NCBI GenBank assembly: GCA_965204535.1
Contig: OZ241996.1
Coordinates: forward strand, 1,408,001 to 1,472,000
Direction: 5' to 3'
Source of the DNA: a bacterium
GTDB lineage: Bacteria > UBA8248
Length of the DNA: 64,000 nt
This document shows positions 10,927 through 20,605 of this stretch, piece after piece. How positions within the stretch are numbered: the first letter of the stretch is position 1; every line of letters starts with the position of its first letter. The position numbers and the translations under genes were made by a program. Under the pieces are notes generated by a model. That model ran no database searches. It was not told the DNA's origin and saw nothing but the letters and a program-made list of their open reading frames with translations.

Positions 10927-11487
10927 ATGAAAATGACACCGGAAGAGATGTTCGATGAGGCTTTCGATTCGGCTTTCGAGGACAGGAAAAACCTGATCGC
11001 CTTTCTGGAGGGAATAGACACCGCCCACGTGCACTGGCGGCCTCCCGACGGCGAGTGGTCCCTGCACCAGAATCTCGAGCACATCCTTTTGACGGACGCG
11101 TATTACGCGCGCTTCATCGAGAAGAGGCTCGCCGAAGCGGCGGAGTCCGGCTCGTGGGATACGGCTCCCGACAACCCCGAGAAGATGAGCCGCGAAGCAT
11201 TAAGACGCCGGGAGCAGGGATATGTTCCGGCGCCCGATTTTTTAATCCCGAAGGGCGAAGGCGATTTCCGCGAGATGATCACCAAACTCACCCCCAACAG
11301 GGAGGCGGTTCACCGGATGATGCTCCCCCACCGTAGCACCGACATGAGCCGCTATATGCATGAGCATTTTCGCTACGGCGACCTCAACATCTACGACCGC
11401 ATCGTCTACTCGGGCACGCACGACTATCTCCATCAGGACCAGATGACGCGCGTCCTCCAGGTGCCGGGCTACCCGGGAAGCGGATGA
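10927..11487 (+). CDS. DinB-superfamily protein
   Basis: WRPPDGEWSLHQNLEH and HDYLHQDQ metal-binding His pattern. Confidence 0.75.
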   Translation: MKMTPEEMFDEAFDSAFEDRKNLIAFLEGIDTAHVHWRPPDGEWSLHQNLEHILLTDAYYARFIEKRLAEAAESGSWDTAPDNPEKMSREALRRREQGYVPAPDFLIPKGEGDFREMITKLTPNREAVHRMMLPHRSTDMSRYMHEHFRYGDLNIYDRIVYSGTHDYLHQDQMTRVLQVPGYPGSG

Positions 11488-11521
11488 TAAGACCACCCTC
11501 AACATCTCCCGGAATCCGTCG

Positions 11522-12921
11522 ATGAGCGACTGGACGATTACGTCGCTGCAAGACGCCTACCGCGCCGGTGAGGTTTCTCCCGTCGAAGTCGTCGACGACG
11601 CCCTCGCCCTCATCAAAAAATGGAACCTCAAGCTTCGGGCCTATCTGCACGTCAGCGAAAGGGAGATGCGCAGGGCGGCACGGGAATCCGAGCGAAGGTT
11701 CCGCTTCGGCGATGAACTCGGGCCCCTCGACGGGGTTCCCGTGGCCTACAAGGACCTCTGCCATATCCCGGAAACGCCCACGACTTGCGGAAGCGTGATG
11801 TTCGAAGACGATCCGCCCGCCGATGCGGTATCGAGCGTCTGGAAGCGCCTCGACGAGGCCGGAACCGTCAACATGGGGAAACTCAACATGGCGGAACTCG
11901 CCATGGGGCCGACGGGACGCAACAAGCATTTCGGCGACCCGCAGAATCCCTGGAAACAGGGTTACGTTACGGGCGGTTCGAGCAGCGGGTCGGGGTGCGC
12001 GGTGGCCGGGGGGATGGCGCTGGCCGCGATCGGCACGGACACGGGCGGCTCCATCCGGCTGCCTGCGGCGTTTTGCGGCGTGGTGGGCCTGAAGCCCACG
12101 AACGGCCGCGTGAGCAGACATGGGGGGATGCCGCTCTCCTGGACGCTCGACACCTTCGGCCCGCTCACGCGAACGGTGGCGGACAACGCGCTGGTGCTCA
12201 CAGCCATTGCGGGCGCGGACCCGCAGGACGGAAGCGCGAGCACGCGGCCCGTGCCCGATTACACCGAAGCGCTCGGCGAGAGCATCGAGGGTGCTTGCGT
12301 GGGTGTTCTCGAAGGCGCGGCGTTGGGCGGCGTTTCCGGGGAGGTGCAGACAGCTTATGAGGATGTGTGCAATGCGCTCGAACGCCTGGGTGCTTGCCTC
12401 GTCCCGATGCCGCCTCCCCATGCGGAAGAGCTCGAAGAACTCGCCAACACGATCTTCAAGTACGAGGCGCTGATGATACACGGCGAGCGTCTGGAGAAAT
12501 ACGCGGATAAGGTGACCCCGGAAATTCTGGCGCGCCTGGAAGCCGGGCGCGGGGTTCATTCTGCCGAATACCGCGCCGCGCTCGCGAGGCGCGAGGAGTT
12601 GATTCGCTCTTACGCACGCGAGGTGTTCTCCGCCGTGGACGTTCTGCCGGCCCGACGACGCCCGTGCCCGCGCCCTCGCACGCGCAGGCGCGCACCGAAG
12701 CCGAGGGGCTGATCGCCTCCCTCACGCGCTTCACGCGTTGGGTCAACACCCTGGGTGCGCCCGCCATATCCCTGCCCTGGGGGTTTTCGGGAGACGGACT
12801 GCCGCTCGCAGTCCAGTTCGTCGGTCCTCACTTCAGCGAAGGCGCGCTCTACAGAATCGCCCACGCCCTGGAGGAGGAAAGCGGGGGGTGGTCGAGGTCT
12901 CCTGATTTCGCGTCGTTTTGA
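11522..12921 (+). pseudogene. amidase (amidase-signature / GatA-like family) with a frameshift near 12646
   Basis: AYKDL, GGSSSGS and GTDTGGSIR in one frame; the C-terminal PTTPVPA...PAISLPWG...GLPLAVQFVG lies in a different frame. Confidence 0.8.
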
Positions 12922-13078
12922 TGTGGCTTGAGCGCATCGCTAGATGCGTCATGGCGGGGCGCAAGGACCGGGCCGGTTGGATTCGTACACCGCTGGTTTG
13001 CTCGCGCCCCGGAGTGGGCGCGCTCTCCTCGTCCTACCCAGCCGCGCATCGACCTCACCCCGAGCAGTGTTCCCCTTC

Positions 13079-13269
13079 CCTCACCCTGAGTAGCGGCCCC
13101 TCGACTTCACTCGGGACAGGGCTCCGCCCTCCACTTTCCTCATCCTGAGTAGCCGCCGAAGGCGGCGTATCGAAGGATGCCTCTCGCACGCCGGGAGCCG
13201 CCTGCCATCCTTCGATACAAACGCTCCTTCATCAGTCGCGCTTGACCTACGCGCCTACTCAGGATGAGG
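13079..13269. repeat. cluster of CTCA(C/T)CCTGAGTAGC...CGTATCGAAGG palindromic repeats including an inverted copy
   Basis: Copies at ~13080 (partial) and ~13138; inverted CATCCTTCGATAC...CTACTCAGGATGAGG at 13206-13269; same family at ~4259. Confidence 0.75.
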
Positions 13270-13292
13270 GTGTCAGGACTTCTGCGAAGCCT

Positions 13293-13394
13293 GCTGCCGT
13301 AACCGGGTTTTCAACAGCCCCGCACATGTCCTTTACATCTTTCATAGTTGCAAAATCAGCTGCCGTAACCGGGTTTTCAACAGCCCCGCACATG
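13293..13394. repeat. two identical 36-bp direct repeats separated by 30 bp
   Basis: GCTGCCGTAACCGGGTTTTCAACAGCCCCGCACATG at 13293-13328 and 13359-13394. Confidence 0.9.
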
Positions 13395-13914
13395 CGTCCC
13401 TTTGCTTTTGATCGTCATTCCGGCAAACACTCCCGATTGCGGGAAGGAACAACAACCCCGCGAGGGGTTTTTTCAACCCGAAAAGCGAGAGTTCCAGGGC
13501 GCATTTGCCCGTATTTGAGGGACGCGCACAGGAGGGAATTTCGGTATGATGGCGAAGCCGCTCGCTTCGTCCGGGAATATGGAATTTCCGAAAAATTCGA
13601 TAAAATCAGATAAATTCACGGTGTTTTTCGATAAATTGCTGAAAATTTTCGAGGGGAAATGCGGGGCGCTGCGGGGAAATGCGGGGGTGAAAATCTCCCT
13701 TCCGCAGAAACACCGTGAGGATAACACGCTCCGGCAGGTGCCTGCGTGACGGCAAATGCGGGGAATTGCGCCGTGGAACTTGCGAGGTCTTATCAATGTC
13801 GATTCTGGACATCATGGTCTAAATAGTTGATATGTAGGCTTATGCGAGATATTCAGGAGGGATATGCGTTTGACGGCAATGCGCAGGCCCGGGCGCGCGG
13901 CGAGAGGGTGAATC

Positions 13915-15777
13915 CTATGAGGTCCCCTCTTCGGCTTGTTTCTCTTTCTCCCAATCTTTCAATGACTTGGGTAGCTTGTCTTCATTCCATTTCCTTGTGA
14001 TTCGGTAGACCTTCCCGCCCTCTCGCAGGTAGAAGAACTCGGAGCCCGCCTTCTCCGCGAAGCGATACGGTCCCCACGCGCCGTGGCGGACGTCCTTTCC
14101 CGAGAGCTCGACGATAAAGTCTTTGAAATCAGGCGCTTCGCCGGGTTTCGCCTCTCCTTCCCGCTCGAAATCCCGGAGTGCCCCGATGAGGTCTTCCACG
14201 TTGCCCGACTCCGCTTCCATCCCCTCGGGAGAGACGAATCGCCAGGCTTGGCCGAAGCGCTCGAGCTTCATCGAGGTATTGTTCGGGAAACGCGCCGTAA
14301 CTTCTGTAATTTCAGTATCTTTCGCGTACCTGAGCAAGCGCCGCTCGCTCAGGAAATAGGGCGTCTTCGTAATCTTGTCATAATCTTCTTTCTTGAGGGC
14401 GAATATGCGTTTCTCTCCCCGGATTCGGCCGTACGCTCTTTTCTCCTCCTTGAGAAAGCGCCCGATAATCAAGTACTTATCCTCAAGCGGCCCATCTTCT
14501 TTCTTCCGCAGCCAGATAGTGTAGCGAAGCGGCGCGCCCTCCCCGTCGGCCCGCGCAAGGCCGTATTTCGACAAGTCGTCTCCAGGGTCATCCACGTAGT
14601 CAATCGAATTGATCCACTTGATGTCCCACATGAGGTCATCCACGTGCTTGTGGCGGCCGATGAGATTTTCCTCCTTCCCATCCGCCCCTATGACGTGGAG
14701 GTCCCACTTCTTTTTCGCCTTTCGGACGATGTTTAGTTTTTGAGCGTCCGATTCAATCAAGATGCGCTTGACGTGGTCGACGTCATAATCAATGACGGTT
14801 TTGTGTCGTAAGGAAAATACGGATTTCGGCAAGTCCTTGACCGTTTTTTCATTGATGAGCATTACGGGGCCGCCGGAGAGCCTCCTGGCGTAATAATACG
14901 CTTTTGGTTTTTTCTGGCCGCTCTTCGGCACGGGCGCCTCTACTTTTCTGTCGCCCAGGATGACGCCGTCTGCGGGTTTTTGCTTGTCCTCAGTGAAAAT
15001 ACGCACAGTGAGTCCTGGTTTATCCAGACCGTAAGGAGCGAGATTCTTCGGCTTTTCCTCAACGAATCTTTGCACCTTGTCCCATCTGAGAGTAGATACG
15101 ATGCCCTCCGAATCAATGGCGTCGGCCCTGTCCTCGATGGGCTTGACCAGCGCCCACTTGTCTTTGCTCTTGCGGACGACGGTGAAACCGCTGCCGTCTT
15201 GAGGCTCGACAATCACCTTTTGCGCGCTTTCGGGCATCACGGGAACGATCGATCTGTCCCGAATGCTGAATACCGTTTTATCGAATTCGGCGATGTCGGA
15301 AAGCTGGAGGGTAAAGATTTCCGGGACCTTCGCCAGAGCGGCATACCGGAACTCGCGCGTGGGGGTTCTGTCCCCAATCTCGACGGAAATATCGTCCTTG
15401 TCTTTCAGCCCAAACGTAATTTTCATCTTGGGCTTGTCCATTCCAAACTCCGCTCTGTCTTTTACGTCTCCGATGCGCCGACGTTCGCGGAGTTTCGTCG
15501 CCGCTTCCAGGAGTCTTTCGAGCGCATCGGAATCGACGGCAGCGTCAACGGGTTTAACGAAACGCCACCCTTTCTCCGTCCGGATAATCTGGTATGGTTC
15601 TTCTTCTCTCGTTACGTCGATTCTTATCAGCGCCTTCTCGTCAATTCCTTTCAGGAGCTTGACCTTGCGCTCCTCGGCCTCGCGCTCCTCGGCCGCCCAT
15701 TTCACGTCGTAGACGTAGTACGCGCCACCCAGGACCACCAAGACCAATAGTAATATGAGATTTTTCTTGGGGTTCAC
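13915..15777 (-). CDS. DUF4340-domain membrane-anchored protein (repeated domains)
   Basis: N-terminal TM helix; repeated W-x-P and (F/Y)GL-x-x-P units; last gene of the Gld-like ABC operon. Confidence 0.75.
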   Translation of the reverse strand: MNPKKNLILLLVLVVLGGAYYVYDVKWAAEEREAEERKVKLLKGIDEKALIRIDVTREEEPYQIIRTEKGWRFVKPVDAAVDSDALERLLEAATKLRERRRIGDVKDRAEFGMDKPKMKITFGLKDKDDISVEIGDRTPTREFRYAALAKVPEIFTLQLSDIAEFDKTVFSIRDRSIVPVMPESAQKVIVEPQDGSGFTVVRKSKDKWALVKPIEDRADAIDSEGIVSTLRWDKVQRFVEEKPKNLAPYGLDKPGLTVRIFTEDKQKPADGVILGDRKVEAPVPKSGQKKPKAYYYARRLSGGPVMLINEKTVKDLPKSVFSLRHKTVIDYDVDHVKRILIESDAQKLNIVRKAKKKWDLHVIGADGKEENLIGRHKHVDDLMWDIKWINSIDYVDDPGDDLSKYGLARADGEGAPLRYTIWLRKKEDGPLEDKYLIIGRFLKEEKRAYGRIRGEKRIFALKKEDYDKITKTPYFLSERRLLRYAKDTEITEVTARFPNNTSMKLERFGQAWRFVSPEGMEAESGNVEDLIGALRDFEREGEAKPGEAPDFKDFIVELSGKDVRHGAWGPYRFAEKAGSEFFYLREGGKVYRITRKWNEDKLPKSLKDWEKEKQAEEGTS

Positions 15778-17462
15778 CGCAGTTGCCTTCTCCTGACGTA
15801 GACGGCGGCTCCGATGAGGATGATGAACAACGGCATGACCCAGACGGTGAACAAGTGAACGAACCGCCCTTCCCCGCCGGCCAATACGAGAGGTTCGCCC
15901 GTACGGCTTTTGGGACGAATGCTGATCAGGTCTTTCTCGCCGCCGAGCCAGTTCACGGTGTTGAGCACGAGATTTACATTGCCCTGGGTGCCGATGAAAG
16001 CATCGCTCGCAAAATCGGCATCCCCGAACACGACAATCCGGGCTTCGTTCTTATCGTTGGTTTTCTTATTGGAGACAGGTGTTTTCGAATCATCGGGAGA
16101 GCCCTGCCCCTGCGCAAGCTTGTAAAGATCGAGCGTGACGGTGACGGCGGCTCCTATCGGCACAGGGCCATCTTTCCTGGTTTTCGGATCGAAGTGAAGT
16201 TGCCCGTTTTGGATGCCGACGCTCTCGACAGTAAAGCTCCCGGCACCCGTTTTGACCAACTCTTCGGAATGAAGCCCCGCCTTGGGCATACCCTTGGCGG
16301 AGACCTTTCTCACCGTTGGAAATACAGTAGCGAAACCCTTCAATTGCCTGGTGATTTCGTGCAGTCCGTAATTGACGGCGAACGGCGTGATGATATTTCC
16401 ACCCGCCAATTCAAAACGAACGGATTCGGGGTCGACGACGAAAGACTGGGGAATTTCGAACCCGTATCTCTCCAGGAGCGCAGTCAGACGCCCCGGCTGC
16501 ATATCGGGCTCCAGCAAAACGAGGAGTCTTCCGCCGGATTTGATGTAATCGTCGATATACTTGATCTCGGTTTCTTCCAACTCTTTTTTGGGGGCCGCGA
16601 TAATCAACATGCTGGCGTTATCGGGCACGCCCTTTTTTCTGAGCAGCAGGAGTTCCTCCACCTGGTAGTTGTCATCCCGCATGCCGATGGCCAGCGCCCT
16701 CATCGCCTCGCGTCCCTGCCCTGTGAACAGGCGTTCTCCATGGCCTGTGAGGTAATATACGCGTTTTTGCTCGGATTGGATGGTTTTCAGTATCGCATTG
16801 GCGATCGCGTTTTCTGAAAGCTCGAATATCTTTTCCGATCGGAAGGTCGATTTCTTCTCCTGTCCAGCGGAATTCGATTTGTTCTGTTTCTCGGCTTCTT
16901 CTTTGTTGAAATGGTGAACCACGACCAATGTGCCATAGGCGTCTACGTCATACTTCTTGGCGGTTCGCGGGGAGGCGTCCAGGTCCAGAAACCGGTAAGA
17001 GACTTGTTGCGAAGTCCGGGTATATTGCTCCAAAATTTCCGTTATCGCAGGTTGTTCGAGTTTGCGGGTGAAGGCGATGATTTCGATCCGCCTTTTTTCT
17101 CTATCGAGTTTGTTCAACAGGTTCATGGTTTTCGCGGACAAGCTGTAGAAATTTCCAGGCGTGACGTCCCAACGCTTGAAGTGTTTCACGCTCACTAGTT
17201 CAACGACAACCAAAATAGCTGTCACCACAACGACCATGAGCGCGACCTGTATGCCCGTTCTGGTCGAGCGGAGCCGAATGCCGCCTTGGAGCTCGCGGCG
17301 TGAAATCCACACCGTATACGCGAAACAAACGATTCCCAGGGCGATGGTAGCGTACGCCCATCGGGGAGGATCGGAAAACTGGTCATGCCCGGCCCAGCCG
17401 GATATGCCAATCAGCAATAAGGCGGCTGAGGCGATGAACAAGTAAAGGTTTCTGTTTTCCAT
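15774..17462 (-). CDS. GldG-family ABC transporter auxiliary component
   Basis: RWDVTPGNFYSLS, VYYLTGHGE, GGRLLVLLEP, IVVFGDADF, N..LN.VNWL and C-terminal TM helix. Confidence 0.85.
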   Translation of the reverse strand: MENRNLYLFIASAALLLIGISGWAGHDQFSDPPRWAYATIALGIVCFAYTVWISRRELQGGIRLRSTRTGIQVALMVVVVTAILVVVELVSVKHFKRWDVTPGNFYSLSAKTMNLLNKLDREKRRIEIIAFTRKLEQPAITEILEQYTRTSQQVSYRFLDLDASPRTAKKYDVDAYGTLVVVHHFNKEEAEKQNKSNSAGQEKKSTFRSEKIFELSENAIANAILKTIQSEQKRVYYLTGHGERLFTGQGREAMRALAIGMRDDNYQVEELLLLRKKGVPDNASMLIIAAPKKELEETEIKYIDDYIKSGGRLLVLLEPDMQPGRLTALLERYGFEIPQSFVVDPESVRFELAGGNIITPFAVNYGLHEITRQLKGFATVFPTVRKVSAKGMPKAGLHSEELVKTGAGSFTVESVGIQNGQLHFDPKTRKDGPVPIGAAVTVTLDLYKLAQGQGSPDDSKTPVSNKKTNDKNEARIVVFGDADFASDAFIGTQGNVNLVLNTVNWLGGEKDLISIRPKSRTGEPLVLAGGEGRFVHLFTVWVMPLFIILIGAAVYVRRRQLR

Positions 17463-17466
17463 GTTC

Positions 17467-18243
17467 CTAGCCTCTCCACCTGTAGTACTCAAGCGACCTG
17501 AGCACGAGGAAGCCACATAGGAGGTTGATGTTGACGAGATAAATAATGTCGCGCGTGTCAATGATGCCCCGAATGAAATTTCGCAAGTGCATACCCAACG
17601 AAAGATGCCTGAGAATCGAAGACAAGGGCTCGCTGGCCGCTATCGCGAGAGCTTCCACCAGGAAAGTTGCGAGAAGTATCATGAAGGCAATCATGGCTGC
17701 GACGATCTGGTTCGAAGTCCATGAACTGGCCAAAAGGCCAACCGAAAGGAACGCCATGCCCGTCAATACCGTCCCCAGATAGGCCGAGGACACGATGGTC
17801 CAATCCACCTTGACGAAAGCACTCAGAATAATCGGATATACAAGAGTAATCGCCAGCATTATCAAATAAATGAACAAAACGGAGAGGTATTTCCCGGCGA
17901 ACAATTGTCCGTTACGCAGCGGGAGGGTGAGCATCAACTCTATGGTTCCCTGCTTTTTCTCTTCACTGAACAGGCGCATTGAAAGCAAGGGAGCGACGAA
18001 CAAGAGAATCACGGTGACGCTGGAAAAAACCGGTTCCAGAACGGCGGAAGTCGGCGTGATGTTGTATTGAGCGGCTGCCTGGGGGTTTCTGGCCAACTGC
18101 ATGGAAAGGTTGGCATAGGATAGAAAAGCGCCGGAATAGAAAAATCCCATCAATACCGTCCAAGCAGCGAGGATCACATAAGCGATAGGCGAGAAGAAAA
18201 ACGAGGCGAGTTCGCGTCGGCATATATAAAAGGTGTTATGCAT
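17467..18243 (-). CDS. ABC-2 type permease (GldF-like)
   Basis: RRELASFFFSPIAY, MRLFSEEKKQGTIELMLTLP, GIIDTRD. Confidence 0.88.
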   Translation of the reverse strand: MHNTFYICRRELASFFFSPIAYVILAAWTVLMGFFYSGAFLSYANLSMQLARNPQAAAQYNITPTSAVLEPVFSSVTVILLFVAPLLSMRLFSEEKKQGTIELMLTLPLRNGQLFAGKYLSVLFIYLIMLAITLVYPIILSAFVKVDWTIVSSAYLGTVLTGMAFLSVGLLASSWTSNQIVAAMIAFMILLATFLVEALAIAASEPLSSILRHLSLGMHLRNFIRGIIDTRDIIYLVNINLLCGFLVLRSLEYYRWRG

Positions 18244-19216
18244 TTACAGTTTCCTTATCGTGTTCCTGCTCCCCGCTGACGATACGAACAAAAAGGTCTT
18301 CCAGTGTTAGTCTAATCTGACGAATTTCCGTGAGCTTTCCCTCCGCCGCGTATACAGCGGCTACCAGGTCGGAACGAATGTCATCACCGCCTTTTACGTG
18401 CACTTCGAAATGCGATTCATCCCCTGTGGATGCGCCGAGTAGTTCTACGTCAGCAACCCCAGATACTGTTTTCATTTTATCGGATATTGGACCGGCGACC
18501 CCGGTTGCCGAAAGACGTATAGTGGAATCCGCTTGCAAGTTCGCCGCCAAGGCGTCGAGAGCTCCTTCGGCTGCCACTCTGCCCTGATGAACAATTACAA
18601 CGCGGTCACACACCATGTTCACTTCAGGAAGAATATGCGTGCTCAGAATAAGGGTTCGGTTGCCTTTGAGTTCCGAAATTAAATTCCGGATCTCCACAAT
18701 CTGAGCCGGGTCAAGGCCTGACGTGGGCTCGTCAAGAATCAACACCGGCGGGTCGCTCACCATTGCCTGCGCCAAACCGACACGCTGACGATATCCTTTG
18801 GAGAGATTGCCGATGAGACGGTGGGCGACATCCTCAAGTCCGCAACTCCCGACCACCCTTTGAATGCCGGCGTCTTTTTCCGCGCCACTCATTCCTTTCA
18901 TAGAGGCCACAAAATTCAAATAAGCCCTCACCGTCATCTCTCTGTACAAAGGGTTGTTTTCCGGGAGGTATCCGAGGTTTTTCTGGGCTTCCAGCGGTGA
19001 TTCCGAGACATTGATGTCCGCCACCCAGGCGGAACCGGAGTTTGGCGGCATATACCCCGTCAAAATGCGCATAGTTGTAGATTTTCCGGCCCCATTGGGT
19101 CCAAGAAACCCAAGCACCTCACCTTCTTCGACCCGGAAGGATATATCTTCCACACCACGCAGGTTGCCGTAATACTTCGTGAGGTTTTCAACCCGTATCA
19201 ACGAAATACTCCCCAA
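18236..19216 (-). CDS. ABC transporter ATP-binding protein (GldA-like)
   Basis: GPNGAGKST, LSKGYRQRVGLAQA, ILDEPT, LSTHIL. Confidence 0.92.
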   Translation of the reverse strand: MGSISLIRVENLTKYYGNLRGVEDISFRVEEGEVLGFLGPNGAGKSTTMRILTGYMPPNSGSAWVADINVSESPLEAQKNLGYLPENNPLYREMTVRAYLNFVASMKGMSGAEKDAGIQRVVGSCGLEDVAHRLIGNLSKGYRQRVGLAQAMVSDPPVLILDEPTSGLDPAQIVEIRNLISELKGNRTLILSTHILPEVNMVCDRVVIVHQGRVAAEGALDALAANLQADSTIRLSATGVAGPISDKMKTVSGVADVELLGASTGDESHFEVHVKGGDDIRSDLVAAVYAAEGKLTEIRQIRLTLEDLFVRIVSGEQEHDKETVNA

Positions 19217-19359
19217 AGAATCTATGCAAAATTATTCGCCGGCATCCAAGCCGCTCTGTTCTTCTTAATCAATTTGAGCGATTCATTTGTGTGATTAAAA
19301 CATCCCGAAAACTTCTGAGGTGAACAGGAAAACCAATTAAATTCTTTGTTATCAATACA

Positions 19360-19386
19360 TTGGCACTCGACTACCTTGAGTGCTAA
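19360..19386 (-). promoter_or_regulatory. CIRCE element (HrcA operator)
   Basis: Minus strand TTAGCACTC-AAGGTAGTC-GAGTGCCAA; one mismatch to TTAGCACTC-N9-GAGTGCTAA. Confidence 0.92.
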
Positions 19387-19389
19387 GAT

Positions 19390-19418
19390 AAAATAATCAC
19401 TTGGACTCTTTTTGTCAA
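19390..19418 (-). promoter_or_regulatory. sigma70-type promoter for the Gld-like ABC operon
   Basis: Minus strand TTGACA-17 nt-TATTTT, ending 3 nt before the CIRCE. Confidence 0.7.
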
Positions 19419-19472
19419 CCATATTCGAATATATTTCTACCTCTCGCACGAATTCCGGGGATGCCATCCCCA

Positions 19473-20477
19473 TCAATTCCCCATTTGCAAATCGCCTCGG
19501 ATAGCGGCTTTCTTCAAAATGGCGGGAACATTCAGTACCCACGGCCCATCGAGTCGAAGCGATATCTCTATCTCTTCTCCTTTATTGAGCAAGTATTCCC
19601 GCTCCCCGTCAAAAGCCAGCACACGAGTATTCGGTGCTCGATATTTCACAATTTCTCTTGGTTTGACGATTTTGTGTTCCATCACTGGGGCGGAAGCAAT
19701 CTGCCCGGGCCCGATCGGCGAAATGACGCGGTGATTGGATTTGCTCTTCGCCCCCAACTTCAACCACAGCCCCACGGCTTCGTTTGCATCTATCGGACGC
19801 AAACTCGCACCTAATGAAGAAAGCCCCAAACGCCCAGGTTCACTTCTCGTCAGCGCCAGCGAATCCACACGCCCTACATCCCAGATGGCACGCGCCCCGT
19901 AGAACGATTCCTTGATAATGGCGATGTCTATCAAGGCGCTTTCGAAATCGCCATCGAGGTTTACATGGAGCTGTTTCGACACCTTTTTCTCGCTTCTATA
20001 AACTCTTGGATAAAGGGCATATAAAGCCGCCGCCATACCGGCCACAGTCCCTTCCCAGGAAAAGGGGAAGGCATTGTTCGTTCCAGTCGACAAGGGGATC
20101 AAGGGAATTTGGTTACATCCTTTGGCGACAGCGCGGCAGGTACCATCGCCTCCGAGAACAACGATGCACCGAACGCCCAACTCATCGAGTTTGCGGGCCG
20201 CTTTGGTGGAGTCGGCCGTCTCTCCCCTGGCATCCACTTCAAAGAGTTTTACGTTCGAGTTCTTGTTCTCATGACGAAAGCCATCCACTGCGACTGCGCC
20301 CAGGGAACCGAGATCGTTGAACATCAGGATATTATCCAGGCCCATTGCAGCAAGACCAGCCATCACGCGGCGAAGCATCAATACCTTTTCGTTGTTGCTG
20401 AAAGAACTTGCCAGCGCCACCAACCTTCGGATGTCCTTACCCGATTGCGGGTTGGCTATAATTCCGACACTCGCCAC
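19473..20477 (-). CDS. ATP-NAD kinase family protein (AcoX-like)
   Basis: VGIIANPQSGKDIRRLVA, LGGDGT, STGTNNAFP, FDGERE. Confidence 0.85.
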   Translation of the reverse strand: MASVGIIANPQSGKDIRRLVALASSFSNNEKVLMLRRVMAGLAAMGLDNILMFNDLGSLGAVAVDGFRHENKNSNVKLFEVDARGETADSTKAARKLDELGVRCIVVLGGDGTCRAVAKGCNQIPLIPLSTGTNNAFPFSWEGTVAGMAAALYALYPRVYRSEKKVSKQLHVNLDGDFESALIDIAIIKESFYGARAIWDVGRVDSLALTRSEPGRLGLSSLGASLRPIDANEAVGLWLKLGAKSKSNHRVISPIGPGQIASAPVMEHKIVKPREIVKYRAPNTRVLAFDGEREYLLNKGEEIEISLRLDGPWVLNVPAILKKAAIRGDLQMGN

Positions 20478-20605
20478 CTCTTCTCCTTTGCTTTATGCCA
20501 AGAAAGAATTTCTGGATTCCTGTAGAATCAAGATTACATCGAATCTGCACAAAGGGCGAAGCATCACCCATGTTCTATTTCCAGAGCGATGAAGTGACTC
20601 GCAAC

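Noticed and set aside
13293-13394. CRISPR array call
   Set aside because: Only two repeats, no cas genes, and the repeat includes the MITE terminus; kept as a repeat and a finding only.
13915-19216. Gliding-motility function for the Gld-like ABC operon
   Set aside because: No other gliding or T9SS genes in the window, and the family is widespread in non-gliding bacteria.
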